From Acidimicrobiia bacterium (GTDB lineage Bacteria; Actinomycetota; Acidimicrobiia; Spongiisociales; JAENVV01), in the NCBI GenBank assembly GCA_029881355.1, contig JAOUMT010000003.1, forward strand, positions 1 to 46,925: a stretch of DNA of 46,925 nt. The letters run 5' to 3'. Position 1 is the first letter of the stretch; each line of letters opens with the position of its first letter. The translations under genes were made by a program, and so were the position numbers. Under the pieces are notes generated by a model, which worked only from the letters and a program-made list of their open reading frames with translations, searched no databases and was not told the DNA's origin. Of this stretch, positions 36,539-44,320 are shown in pieces.

Positions 36539-36570
36539 GAAAAGGCACCCTTCCTCCTGGGTGCCTTTTC
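36539..36570 (+). terminator. Intrinsic terminator-like hairpin after peptide B
   Basis: GAAAAGGCACCC-ttcctcct-GGGTGCCTTTTC (12-bp stem). Confidence 0.78.
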
Positions 36571-36599
36571 TGCTGTGATGAGCCAGCAATACCCGTTTT

Positions 36600-36621
36600 T
36601 GTCACCCTGCGTTGGCATGAT
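36600..36621 (+). promoter_or_regulatory. Possible RecA-NDp/PafBC-type DNA-damage promoter (leaderless)
   Basis: TGTCAC-N10-CATGAT, then 6 nt to ATG 36628. The consensus is TGTCRG-N10-TAnnnT, so there is one mismatch in each box. Confidence 0.35.
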
Positions 36622-36627
36622 GTCCTC

Positions 36628-36984
36628 ATGCACATATGCGACGTTGCCCCCGCTCCCCTAGGTCAGGTCAGCCTGAGCGTCTGCGCCGATTGTGCCCACT
36701 ATGCATGGACCGACGCGGCCGGATCACCCGTCGATCCTGCCGAAGGGATTGCATCTGTGTTCGGTCCGTTCCCACTCATTGAGCGACTGACGGCCATCGG
36801 CGCCCCCGGCGGACTGGCACTCATCTACCAGGTACCGGCCCGCTACCGCTCGCGACTCAGCGTCCTACCAATCGGCGTCTGGACCCAGATTCACCCGGCA
36901 CTATTCGCCAGCCAGGATGGGATGAACTTGATGCTGGCACCGACCGATCCAGCCGTCTCACGCTCTGTCGCCGCTACCGGCTAG
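36628..36984 (+). CDS. Hypothetical protein (118 aa, N-terminal His/Cys cluster)
   Basis: ORF fills the gap before the convergent ABC gene. Contains MHIC...CADCAH. No family recognised. Confidence 0.65.
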   Translation: MHICDVAPAPLGQVSLSVCADCAHYAWTDAAGSPVDPAEGIASVFGPFPLIERLTAIGAPGGLALIYQVPARYRSRLSVLPIGVWTQIHPALFASQDGMNLMLAPTDPAVSRSVAATG

Positions 36985-37074
36985 CCAAGCGGCGGAACAA
37001 CGAGCCGAAAGCCAGCCGGGTTTCGCCACGGTCGATGGTGCGGGCCGCCCGCAACCCATCGGCACGACCACGTA

Positions 37075-38970
37075 TCAAGCGATCGGCTGGTTGCGGAACT
37101 GGGTTTCGAACAGAGCGGCGTAGAGTCCACCGTCATCGAGCAATTCGTTGTGGGTCCCGGCCTCGACCAGCCGGCCGTCTTGGAGGACCAAAATCCGGTC
37201 GGCGGCCAGAATCGTCGACAGCCGGTGGGCGATAACGATCGAGGTCCGCCCCTCCATGACGCGTTCCAGGGCATCTTGGATGAGTGCCTCCGATTGCGAA
37301 TCAAGGTGTGAGGTGGCCTCATCGAGAATCAAGATCCGGGGATTCTTCAGGATGACGCGGGCGATGGCCATTCGCTGCTTTTCGCCACCCGACAAGCGGT
37401 AGCCGCGCTCGCCTACCAGCGTCTCGAAACGATTTGGCAGGGAATCGATGAAGTCAAGGATGTTGGCTGCCCGACAGGCCTCGACCAGTTCATCCTCGGT
37501 GGCGTCGGGTTTGGCATAACGGAGGTTGGCACCGATGGTGTCGTGGAACAAGTAGCTCTCCTGAGTGACGATGCCGATCGCGTCTGCGATCGACCCCAGC
37601 GTGAGGTCCCGCACGTCGTGCCCGTCGATGCAGATGGCTCCCTCGGTGACGTCATACAACCGGGGAACCAGGTAGGAAATCGTGGTCTTGCCTGCGCCGG
37701 ACGGCCCGACGAGGGCGATCATCTGACCAGGCAAAGCGTCGAACGAGACGTCACGGACCGCCCAGGGTCTCCCGATTGGACCGTCCATGGTTTCCGGAGT
37801 GTCTGGCGTGCCACCACCAAACGCGCGAAATCGCTTGACAGCTTCCAGGCCTTCGCCCGTGTCATATCGGAACGAGACGGACTGGAAAGTGATCCGCCCG
37901 TCAACTCGTCCGAGGTGAACTGCACCGTCTTTCTCACCGATATCCAGCGGCAAGTCGAGCACCTCGAATACCCGCTCGAAGCTAACCAGTGAAGTGGCGA
38001 ACTCGACCCGGGCGTTCGACAATGCCGAAAGGGGCCCATAAAGCTGGGCGGTAAGCGTCGAGAACATCACCAACTCGCCGATCTCGATGACCCCATTGAT
38101 GACCATCGCACCACCAACCCAGAACACACCTGCGGTCCCCACGGCCGTCACCAGGCCGAGGGCAGCGAAAAACCACCGACCTACCAGAGCCCGTCGAACT
38201 CCGAGGTCGCGTACGGCAGCAGCCTCGACCGCAAACTTGTCTTGCTCCATGCGGGATCGGTTGAAGAGCTTGACGAGCAACGCCCCGCTCACGTTGAACG
38301 TCTCCTGAAGGATGCTCGACATGTTGGCGTTGTGCTCCATCGCCTGTTCGGTAACCCGTCGTAGGACCTTGGCCACCCGTCTGGCCGGATAAACGAACAA
38401 CGGCAATGCAGCAACGGCCAGCACCGTAAGACGCCACTCGGTGCCGAGCATCACGACGAGTATCACCACGACCGACACCAGATTCGACACGATGGTGACA
38501 AAGGTCCCGGTGATGGCTGACTGGGCTCCGACGACGTCGTTGTTCAGGCGGGAAATCAACTCGCCGGTTCGGGTGTTGGTGAAAAACCGGAGTGACATGG
38601 CCTGCAGGTGGGCATACGACTGGCGGCGGAGATCGAAGATGATTCCCTCGCCAACCCGAGCCGACAGCCAGCGTTGGAAACCCCCCACGATGGCGTTGCC
38701 GAAAGGAACCGCCACCATCGCCAACCCGAGGATCGTCAGGTAGCCGAAGTCCTTGTCAGGAATTGCCCGGTCGAGCAGCTCCCGAATGAGGATGGCCGGC
38801 AGGACGGTGAGGCCCGAAATCACCAGGATCGTGGCGAAGACGCCGACCAGCGCCAACCGGTACGGACGGGCATAGGCAAAAACCCGCTTCAGTAGCCCCC
38901 GATCGACCTTGGGTTTGTCTTGGTCTTCGTCGTATTGGAGCCGGGCGTACCAGCCACCACCGTGAAACAT
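37075..38970 (-). CDS. ABC exporter, fused permease/ATP-binding (MsbA/multidrug type)
   Basis: TM domain; Walker A GPSGAGKTT; signature LSGGEKQR; ILDEATSHLD; IAHRLST. Confidence 0.95.
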   Translation of the reverse strand: MFHGGGWYARLQYDEDQDKPKVDRGLLKRVFAYARPYRLALVGVFATILVISGLTVLPAILIRELLDRAIPDKDFGYLTILGLAMVAVPFGNAIVGGFQRWLSARVGEGIIFDLRRQSYAHLQAMSLRFFTNTRTGELISRLNNDVVGAQSAITGTFVTIVSNLVSVVVILVVMLGTEWRLTVLAVAALPLFVYPARRVAKVLRRVTEQAMEHNANMSSILQETFNVSGALLVKLFNRSRMEQDKFAVEAAAVRDLGVRRALVGRWFFAALGLVTAVGTAGVFWVGGAMVINGVIEIGELVMFSTLTAQLYGPLSALSNARVEFATSLVSFERVFEVLDLPLDIGEKDGAVHLGRVDGRITFQSVSFRYDTGEGLEAVKRFRAFGGGTPDTPETMDGPIGRPWAVRDVSFDALPGQMIALVGPSGAGKTTISYLVPRLYDVTEGAICIDGHDVRDLTLGSIADAIGIVTQESYLFHDTIGANLRYAKPDATEDELVEACRAANILDFIDSLPNRFETLVGERGYRLSGGEKQRMAIARVILKNPRILILDEATSHLDSQSEALIQDALERVMEGRTSIVIAHRLSTILAADRILVLQDGRLVEAGTHNELLDDGGLYAALFETQFRNQPIA

Positions 38971-39000
38971 GTTTGATCTCCTCGGGTTGGTCGAACCCGA

Positions 39001-39768
39001 TTACGGATCAGTTTGTTCCGCTGCATCGACGTCCCGTAACAAGATCATAGAGCTCGCCAGGTCCACCAACGCCTCACGTCCGAACTTCTGGCGATCCAGC
39101 AACTCGTATCGGAAACCGCTGTCGTACCAAACAAGTACCGGTCCATCGAGCGTGGTGATCCACCAGGCTCTGGCGGCCGACACACTCGTCGGATCACACG
39201 AGGTGATGTCCCGGTTGTTGAACCGATTACAACCAAGGCTCGCATCATCGGCGGCCGGAGCGGGATCAGCATCGTCCTCGGCTACTTTGAGCTGGAGCAG
39301 TTGTGAGACTGAACGACTCGACACGTATGGCTCAGACTTCCAGAACCCAAACGCGGCGACGTAGGCATTGGTAAGCCGACCTGTGGAGACCCCGTAGACA
39401 ATCTGGGAAGTCACATAGCTCGTTTCAGGAGGCAGGACCCTCGGTACTTTGATACCCGGGATTGCGACACTGATCTCGTTGGCGGCCGCCTGCACAAATG
39501 CGTCAGTCCCCGAGGAACGCTCCCAGATCGACTCGATGACAACAGCTGGATCAGGATCAACAGAATCAGCCCACGGGTTATACCAGATGAGTGTTTCGAT
39601 CGGGCGGTTCACCCGCACCGGGACGGTGGTGGCGAATCCAGCCGCACCGTCACCCCGGTCGCCCAACCACTCCTCGGTCACCCCGAAGTCGGCCAGCGGA
39701 CTGTCCCCACAAGCCGATAAAAGAAAGGCGCATGCCAGCGCCAATAGCCCAATCCGAACGGTCACCAT
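39001..39768 (-). CDS. Hypothetical lipoprotein
   Basis: Signal peptide with lipobox LSAC; no family recognised. Confidence 0.75.
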   Translation of the reverse strand: MVTVRIGLLALACAFLLSACGDSPLADFGVTEEWLGDRGDGAAGFATTVPVRVNRPIETLIWYNPWADSVDPDPAVVIESIWERSSGTDAFVQAAANEISVAIPGIKVPRVLPPETSYVTSQIVYGVSTGRLTNAYVAAFGFWKSEPYVSSRSVSQLLQLKVAEDDADPAPAADDASLGCNRFNNRDITSCDPTSVSAARAWWITTLDGPVLVWYDSGFRYELLDRQKFGREALVDLASSMILLRDVDAAEQTDP

Positions 39769-39830
39769 GTATTGCGTATAACGCTAGCGGCTGGCAAACG
39801 GTTTCCTTGGTCGGTCGATAAGATCCAGTC

Positions 39831-40580
39831 GTGACCCCAACTGCGCTCCTCCTTGACAGCTTTGATGCCCCGCCCGAACTCAACACCGCTGTTTCGGCCG
39901 CCACACTCAAAGCGGTGGCTTCGGGGGAACTTCCCGACCTCTTCCGAATTCACGTCCCCGCCCGGGTTGTGGCGTTCGGGCGCCAGGACACGCACACGAC
40001 CGGATTCAACCGGGCTGTGGCGGCGTGCAGATCCGAAGGCTTCACGCCGGTCATCCGCCTAGCCGGTGGACGGGCGGCGGTTTTTCACGAAGGCACCCTT
40101 GCGTTTTCCTGGCAGACCAGAACCGACCAGCCCAAGCTGGGCGTGTCCGAGCGCTTCGAGTTCATGACGTCGATTCTTGTGGCCGCCCTCGCGTCATTGG
40201 GCTACGACTCCAATGTCGGGGAGGTACCGGGTGAGTATTGCCCTGGCCGCTACAGCGTCCATATCGGCCAGAAGAAGATCGCCGGGGTCGGGCAGCGACT
40301 GGTTAGTGGGGCGGCTCATGTGGGTGGCGTGCTGGCCGTCACCGACGGGGCCGCTATCAACCGGGTGCTTACACCTGTATACGAGGCCATGGAATTCGCC
40401 TGGGATCCGAACGTGACGGGGGCGGTTGGCGATTTCGGAACCGTAACTCCCAGTATGGTCTCGGACGCCGTCGCGGCCCAACTGGGCGAACGGGTGAACC
40501 TCACCGAGACGTCGCTGCCGGCCTATCTGGTTAGGGAGGCTGCCGGACTGGTCCCGGACCATCGGCCCCAGGCGGGTTAG
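39831..40580 (+). CDS. Lipoate-protein ligase family protein (LipL-like lipoyl/octanoyl amidotransferase)
   Basis: VAFGRQD, RLAGGRAAVFHEG, GEYCPGRYSV, KKIAGVGQR. TAAGAT-N6-GTG. Confidence 0.85.
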   Translation: MTPTALLLDSFDAPPELNTAVSAATLKAVASGELPDLFRIHVPARVVAFGRQDTHTTGFNRAVAACRSEGFTPVIRLAGGRAAVFHEGTLAFSWQTRTDQPKLGVSERFEFMTSILVAALASLGYDSNVGEVPGEYCPGRYSVHIGQKKIAGVGQRLVSGAAHVGGVLAVTDGAAINRVLTPVYEAMEFAWDPNVTGAVGDFGTVTPSMVSDAVAAQLGERVNLTETSLPAYLVREAAGLVPDHRPQAG

Positions 40581-40607
40581 GCTCTCGATCAGCGTCAGCG
40601 AATCACC

Positions 40608-41774
40608 ATGCCAAAACTCTTGCTCATCAATGGACCCAATCTCAATCGGCTCGGATTCCGGGATCCAGAGACTTATGGGTCCACCACGATGGCCGAACTG
40701 GAGGAGCTCTGTCGCGGCTGGGCAGGTTCGGTTGGTTTCGATCTCGAGGCGATGCAATCAAACCATGAGGGAGACCTCATCGATGCGATCCAACAACACG
40801 GGGCCGACGGGATCGTCATAAACCCTGGTGCTTTCACCCACTATTCCTACGCGCTACACGACGCGTTGGCCGATTCACCACTTCCCAGCGTCGAAGTCCA
40901 TATTTCGAACATCAAGGAACGCGAGGCCTGGCGGGCGAACTCGGTGGTCAGCGCGGCGTGCCTGAGCACCATCTACGGCCGCGGAATCAAAGGATACGCC
41001 GACGGTATATACCGGCTGGCGGCGCATCTGGAGATGCCGGCGACGACGCACACCTTCGGCCCGGACCCAGACCAGGTCGGCGACCTGCGGGTGCCGGCTC
41101 CCAACAGCCCCGTCATGGTGTTCTTGCACGGGGGATTCTGGCGCCATCAGTGGACCAGGGACCTCATGGACCGGCTTGCAGTAAACGTTGCGAAAGCCGG
41201 GTGGGCAAGTTGGAACATCGAATACCGGAGGGTGGGAACCGGGGGCGGTTGGCCGACCACCGCCGTCGACGTCGGACTGGCCATCGACCACCTCGCCGTA
41301 CTCTCGGAGGACCACACCCTGGACCTTTCGAGGGTGGTGCTGGTGGGTCACTCGGCCGGAGGCCAATTGGCACTGTGGGCCGGTTCCCGGGGGCACCGGA
41401 CATCCATGTCACCGGGCGCCGATCCCCTCGTCCCGGCCACGGATGTGATCGGCCTTGCCCCCATCAGCGATTTGCGGGGCGCACGATCTTTGAGCGATGG
41501 CGCAGTCGACCAATTCCTGGCATCGGCTCGGACCCACACCGACGTGTATCGGGAAGCATCACCGATAGACTTCATCCCGGTCGGTGTAAACCAAATCATC
41601 GTGCACGGCACGGCTGATACCGACGTACCAGTGGAGCAAAGTCAGGCGTATGCCCGAGCAGCCCGCCAAGCCGGAGATGCGGTCGTATATCACGAATTCG
41701 ACAACGTTGACCACATGACGCTGATTGATCCTGCTTCGGAGGCCTGGCAGACCGCCCTCGACGCACTGACATGA
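40608..41774 (+). CDS. aroQ: Type II 3-dehydroquinate dehydratase fused to an alpha/beta hydrolase (esterase/formamidase-like)
   Basis: Residues 1-140: NGPNLNRLG.R....YG, QSNHEG, NPGAFTHYS, EVHISN. Residues about 145-388: HGGFW, GHSAGG, HGTADTDVP, catalytic H, all in one uninterrupted frame. Confidence 0.92.
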   Translation: MPKLLLINGPNLNRLGFRDPETYGSTTMAELEELCRGWAGSVGFDLEAMQSNHEGDLIDAIQQHGADGIVINPGAFTHYSYALHDALADSPLPSVEVHISNIKEREAWRANSVVSAACLSTIYGRGIKGYADGIYRLAAHLEMPATTHTFGPDPDQVGDLRVPAPNSPVMVFLHGGFWRHQWTRDLMDRLAVNVAKAGWASWNIEYRRVGTGGGWPTTAVDVGLAIDHLAVLSEDHTLDLSRVVLVGHSAGGQLALWAGSRGHRTSMSPGADPLVPATDVIGLAPISDLRGARSLSDGAVDQFLASARTHTDVYREASPIDFIPVGVNQIIVHGTADTDVPVEQSQAYARAARQAGDAVVYHEFDNVDHMTLIDPASEAWQTALDALT

Positions 41775-42388
41775 ATTCCATCCACGAGGGTGGTCCGGTA
41801 ATCTTCACGGCCATCGCCGTGGCCGCCCTGCTCATAGCCGAGAAGACCAACCGACCGACGCTGGGCTGGAAGACTCTCGCATCGCTGGGTTTCATGTGGG
41901 CGGCGCTGGGCGGCGGAGTTCCCGACACGTTCGGCGGTTGGTTGCTGCTCGGCGGATTGGCATTGTCGATGGTCGGAGACATCGCTCTCGTCTTCGAGCG
42001 AGGGTTCCTGGCCGGGTTGGCGGCTTTTGCCGGAGCCCACCTCCTCTATAGCGGGGCGTTTCTCAGTTTCGGGATCCGGTGGGCGACCATCATCCCAACC
42101 GCCCTCATCGCGGCCGTGGCTTTCCTTGCGGTGAAACGATGGCTGATCGGCGATGTTCCCCCGAACCTTCGAAGGCCAGTCGTCGCCTATATGGCCATCA
42201 TCACCGTCATGCTGGTCACCGCCTCAGGCTCGGCAAGGTTGGTCCTGTATGCGGGCGCCGCATTGTTCTACCTGTCAGATCTGGCCGTGGCGAGGCATCG
42301 GTTCGTTGCGCCTGGCTTGGAAAACAAAATCGTCGGCTTGCCGTTGTATTACGCGGGCCAGTTGTTGCTGGCATCTGCGGTGACGTGA
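41771..42388 (+). CDS. YhhN/TMEM86 lysoplasmalogenase family membrane protein
   Basis: LSMVGDIAL, FLAGLAAFAGAHLLY, PVVAYM, LFYLSDLAVA, LYYAGQ. ATGA overlap with the upstream gene. Confidence 0.9.
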   Translation: MNSIHEGGPVIFTAIAVAALLIAEKTNRPTLGWKTLASLGFMWAALGGGVPDTFGGWLLLGGLALSMVGDIALVFERGFLAGLAAFAGAHLLYSGAFLSFGIRWATIIPTALIAAVAFLAVKRWLIGDVPPNLRRPVVAYMAIITVMLVTASGSARLVLYAGAALFYLSDLAVARHRFVAPGLENKIVGLPLYYAGQLLLASAVT

Positions 42389-42396
42389 GCGTAGAC

Positions 42397-43068
42397 CTAA
42401 CCAATCACGCGGTAGACAACCGAGTTTCCAACCTTGCCGGTCATCGCAATCGATCCCATCTTCCGCAGGCAGTAGGCCGCTTGTTGGGCTGATCTCCGAC
42501 TCACCGAACCGAGGTCTGAAATCATGGCCGTCGTGAATTCCACGGGCAGGTCGGGCAGGAGGTTCAGATAATCGGCAGCACAACTAAACAGGTGTGTTTC
42601 CTGAACTTCCAGGAGATGTCGTTCTTGGGTGACCCACCCGCGCCGGCGCCGCCGCTCTCGCTTTGCGTCAAACACCCGGTCCTCCTGTTCTTCGATCAGC
42701 ACAACCTCAATGCTGAGATTCGGGCGGTCGATGAGGTGCGGGAGATAAACCACTTCGCCAAAGATATCGAAGATGTGCCCTCGCTTCGGTGACTTGCGAC
42801 GGTTCGTGGGAGGGTCCGTGAGCTTGTTCAACCACTTCGTGACGGCAATCGGGTGAACCACGGTGACCTGGTGGTCTCGGGTAAGCCGATCCAGCTTGGT
42901 CTTCATCGCCGAGAAGTTGCGGGTCTGAATCTCGATGAGATGATCTCCGCGGACCAGATCGATCACATAGCCATCGAGCGGGACCTCAAACCGATCGCCG
43001 GGCCGGGCATACCAATGCTTCAGTTGGGCATGAAGGGACTTCTCATTCAGCGTGCCGACACCAGACAT
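42397..43068 (-). CDS. Putative PD-(D/E)XK nuclease-fold protein with C-terminal winged-helix-like region
   Basis: NEKSLH..LK, EVP..GYVIDL....LIEIQT (E...D...ExQ core); C-terminal FTTAMI...AQQAAYCLRKMG.I...GK.GN...Y. Confidence 0.65.
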   Translation of the reverse strand: MSGVGTLNEKSLHAQLKHWYARPGDRFEVPLDGYVIDLVRGDHLIEIQTRNFSAMKTKLDRLTRDHQVTVVHPIAVTKWLNKLTDPPTNRRKSPKRGHIFDIFGEVVYLPHLIDRPNLSIEVVLIEEQEDRVFDAKRERRRRRGWVTQERHLLEVQETHLFSCAADYLNLLPDLPVEFTTAMISDLGSVSRRSAQQAAYCLRKMGSIAMTGKVGNSVVYRVIG

Positions 43069-43087
43069 GGGGCTTCATCGTGGCAGG

Positions 43088-44296
43088 TCAACTGTCGCTA
43101 GTGGTGGACCTGCTCCGCAATCGGTCGTCGGCTCGCCCGGCAGCCATCGTCAACACCGCCGCCAACGCGACTGCCACGGTCAGCGCCAACAGGATAGGAA
43201 CATAGGAACCCGCCAGGTCACGAGATGCGCCGACGACGGTGGCTCCGAATGCCGCCACGAAGAACATCACCGACGATTGAGTGCCCGATATCTCCCCATA
43301 TTCGCGACCGGCATACCACCGGGTCATCACCATCGCCCGCAGTGGTGTGATGGCCCCAAATGCCACGCCAAAGAGCACGAAGTGGCCGATCATCGAAGCA
43401 TTCGAACTCCCGGGGACCGCCACCAAGATGGCCAACGCCATGACTCCGAATACCCCCGCAGTAAGCGCCGTCGCTCTGATTCGGGCGACGAGCAATGGGG
43501 CGATGTAGCGACCCGGCATGGAGATGACCGAGGCCAGGCCCGCCCATACGGCCACCGTAGAGAGTGGAAATCCTGCTTCGGTAAATCGATCAACCCGATG
43601 AGCCACGAGACCCTGAACCGACAGGTACGCCAGCACCAACGCCAGGGTGAAATAGACGAACCGTCGATCGCCCACCAGGGCCCTGATGGCGGTCGGGACG
43701 GGACTCGATTGAGACGCGTACCGTCCCTGACCGGCCGGGATCGCCCACCTGGCGGCAATCAAGGCGGTCAAGAGAATGGCCACGCCGAGGAGCTGTACGG
43801 TGGTACGCCACCCGAACGCCGAAACCAACCGCTCTGTCAGCGGAATGAAGATCGCCCCGGCCAGACCACCTAGCAGTGTCAAGGCACCAAACGCCCGGGG
43901 TTGGCTGGTCGGGGCAACCCAGGCAGCGATCCCGACCATCGAGGGCTCGTAGTAGACCGCAGCGGTCCCAGGACCGATGAGGAGCCACCAGGCCGCGAAC
44001 ACCTGCCACGGCTCGTTTGCGAACGAGAAGGCCACCAGCCCGGAGCACGCCAACAAGGCACCGACGACGGTAACCGACCGAACTCCGCGCCGGTCCATGT
44101 ATCTACCCAATGGGCGAGCCATCAACGCCGCGACGATCCCGGACCCGGTGATACCCAGCGACAGGACGGTCGTTGAGAAGTCAGCCCCGGCCGCATCGTC
44201 GGTAACCAGGACGCTGAACCCGTACATAATCGAGCCGAACGCGACGATGATGACTGCCGAGAAACCCAGGACGATACGTCGATTCGAATAGGTCAC
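43088..44296 (-). CDS. MFS transporter
   Basis: About 12 TM helices, motif A GRYMDRRGVR. TAATCT-N6-GTG. Confidence 0.9.
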   Translation of the reverse strand: MTYSNRRIVLGFSAVIIVAFGSIMYGFSVLVTDDAAGADFSTTVLSLGITGSGIVAALMARPLGRYMDRRGVRSVTVVGALLACSGLVAFSFANEPWQVFAAWWLLIGPGTAAVYYEPSMVGIAAWVAPTSQPRAFGALTLLGGLAGAIFIPLTERLVSAFGWRTTVQLLGVAILLTALIAARWAIPAGQGRYASQSSPVPTAIRALVGDRRFVYFTLALVLAYLSVQGLVAHRVDRFTEAGFPLSTVAVWAGLASVISMPGRYIAPLLVARIRATALTAGVFGVMALAILVAVPGSSNASMIGHFVLFGVAFGAITPLRAMVMTRWYAGREYGEISGTQSSVMFFVAAFGATVVGASRDLAGSYVPILLALTVAVALAAVLTMAAGRADDRLRSRSTTSDS

Positions 44297-44320
44297 CGGG
44301 GCAGATTAGGTGTTGTTTTC

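Larger units (their letters stand above)
35897..36570 (+). repeat. Direct tandem duplication (about 376-380 bp period) of a promoter-peptide-terminator unit
   Basis: Unit 1 spans about 35897-36187 and unit 2 about 36273-36570. The 36-bp block CTCCGGGGATCCACCTGGGGCTAGGCCCAGCCAAGT is identical at 36115-36150 and 36495-36530. Confidence 0.95.

Noticed and set aside
35897-36570. CRISPR array or REP interpretation of the 36-bp identical repeats
   Set aside because: Only two copies, 380 bp apart, embedded in paralogous ORFs. No cas genes and no spacer periodicity.
37075-38970. ABC exporter as the dedicated transporter for the peptides
   Set aside because: It is convergent, separated by another gene, and lacks a C39 peptidase domain. 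The peptides carry Sec-like signals. No positive evidence for linkage.
39713-39720. Additional GCCGATAA sigma-28 box
   Set aside because: It lies inside the lipoprotein coding region, and the downstream gene already has a TAAGAT-N6-GTG start. Probably chance.
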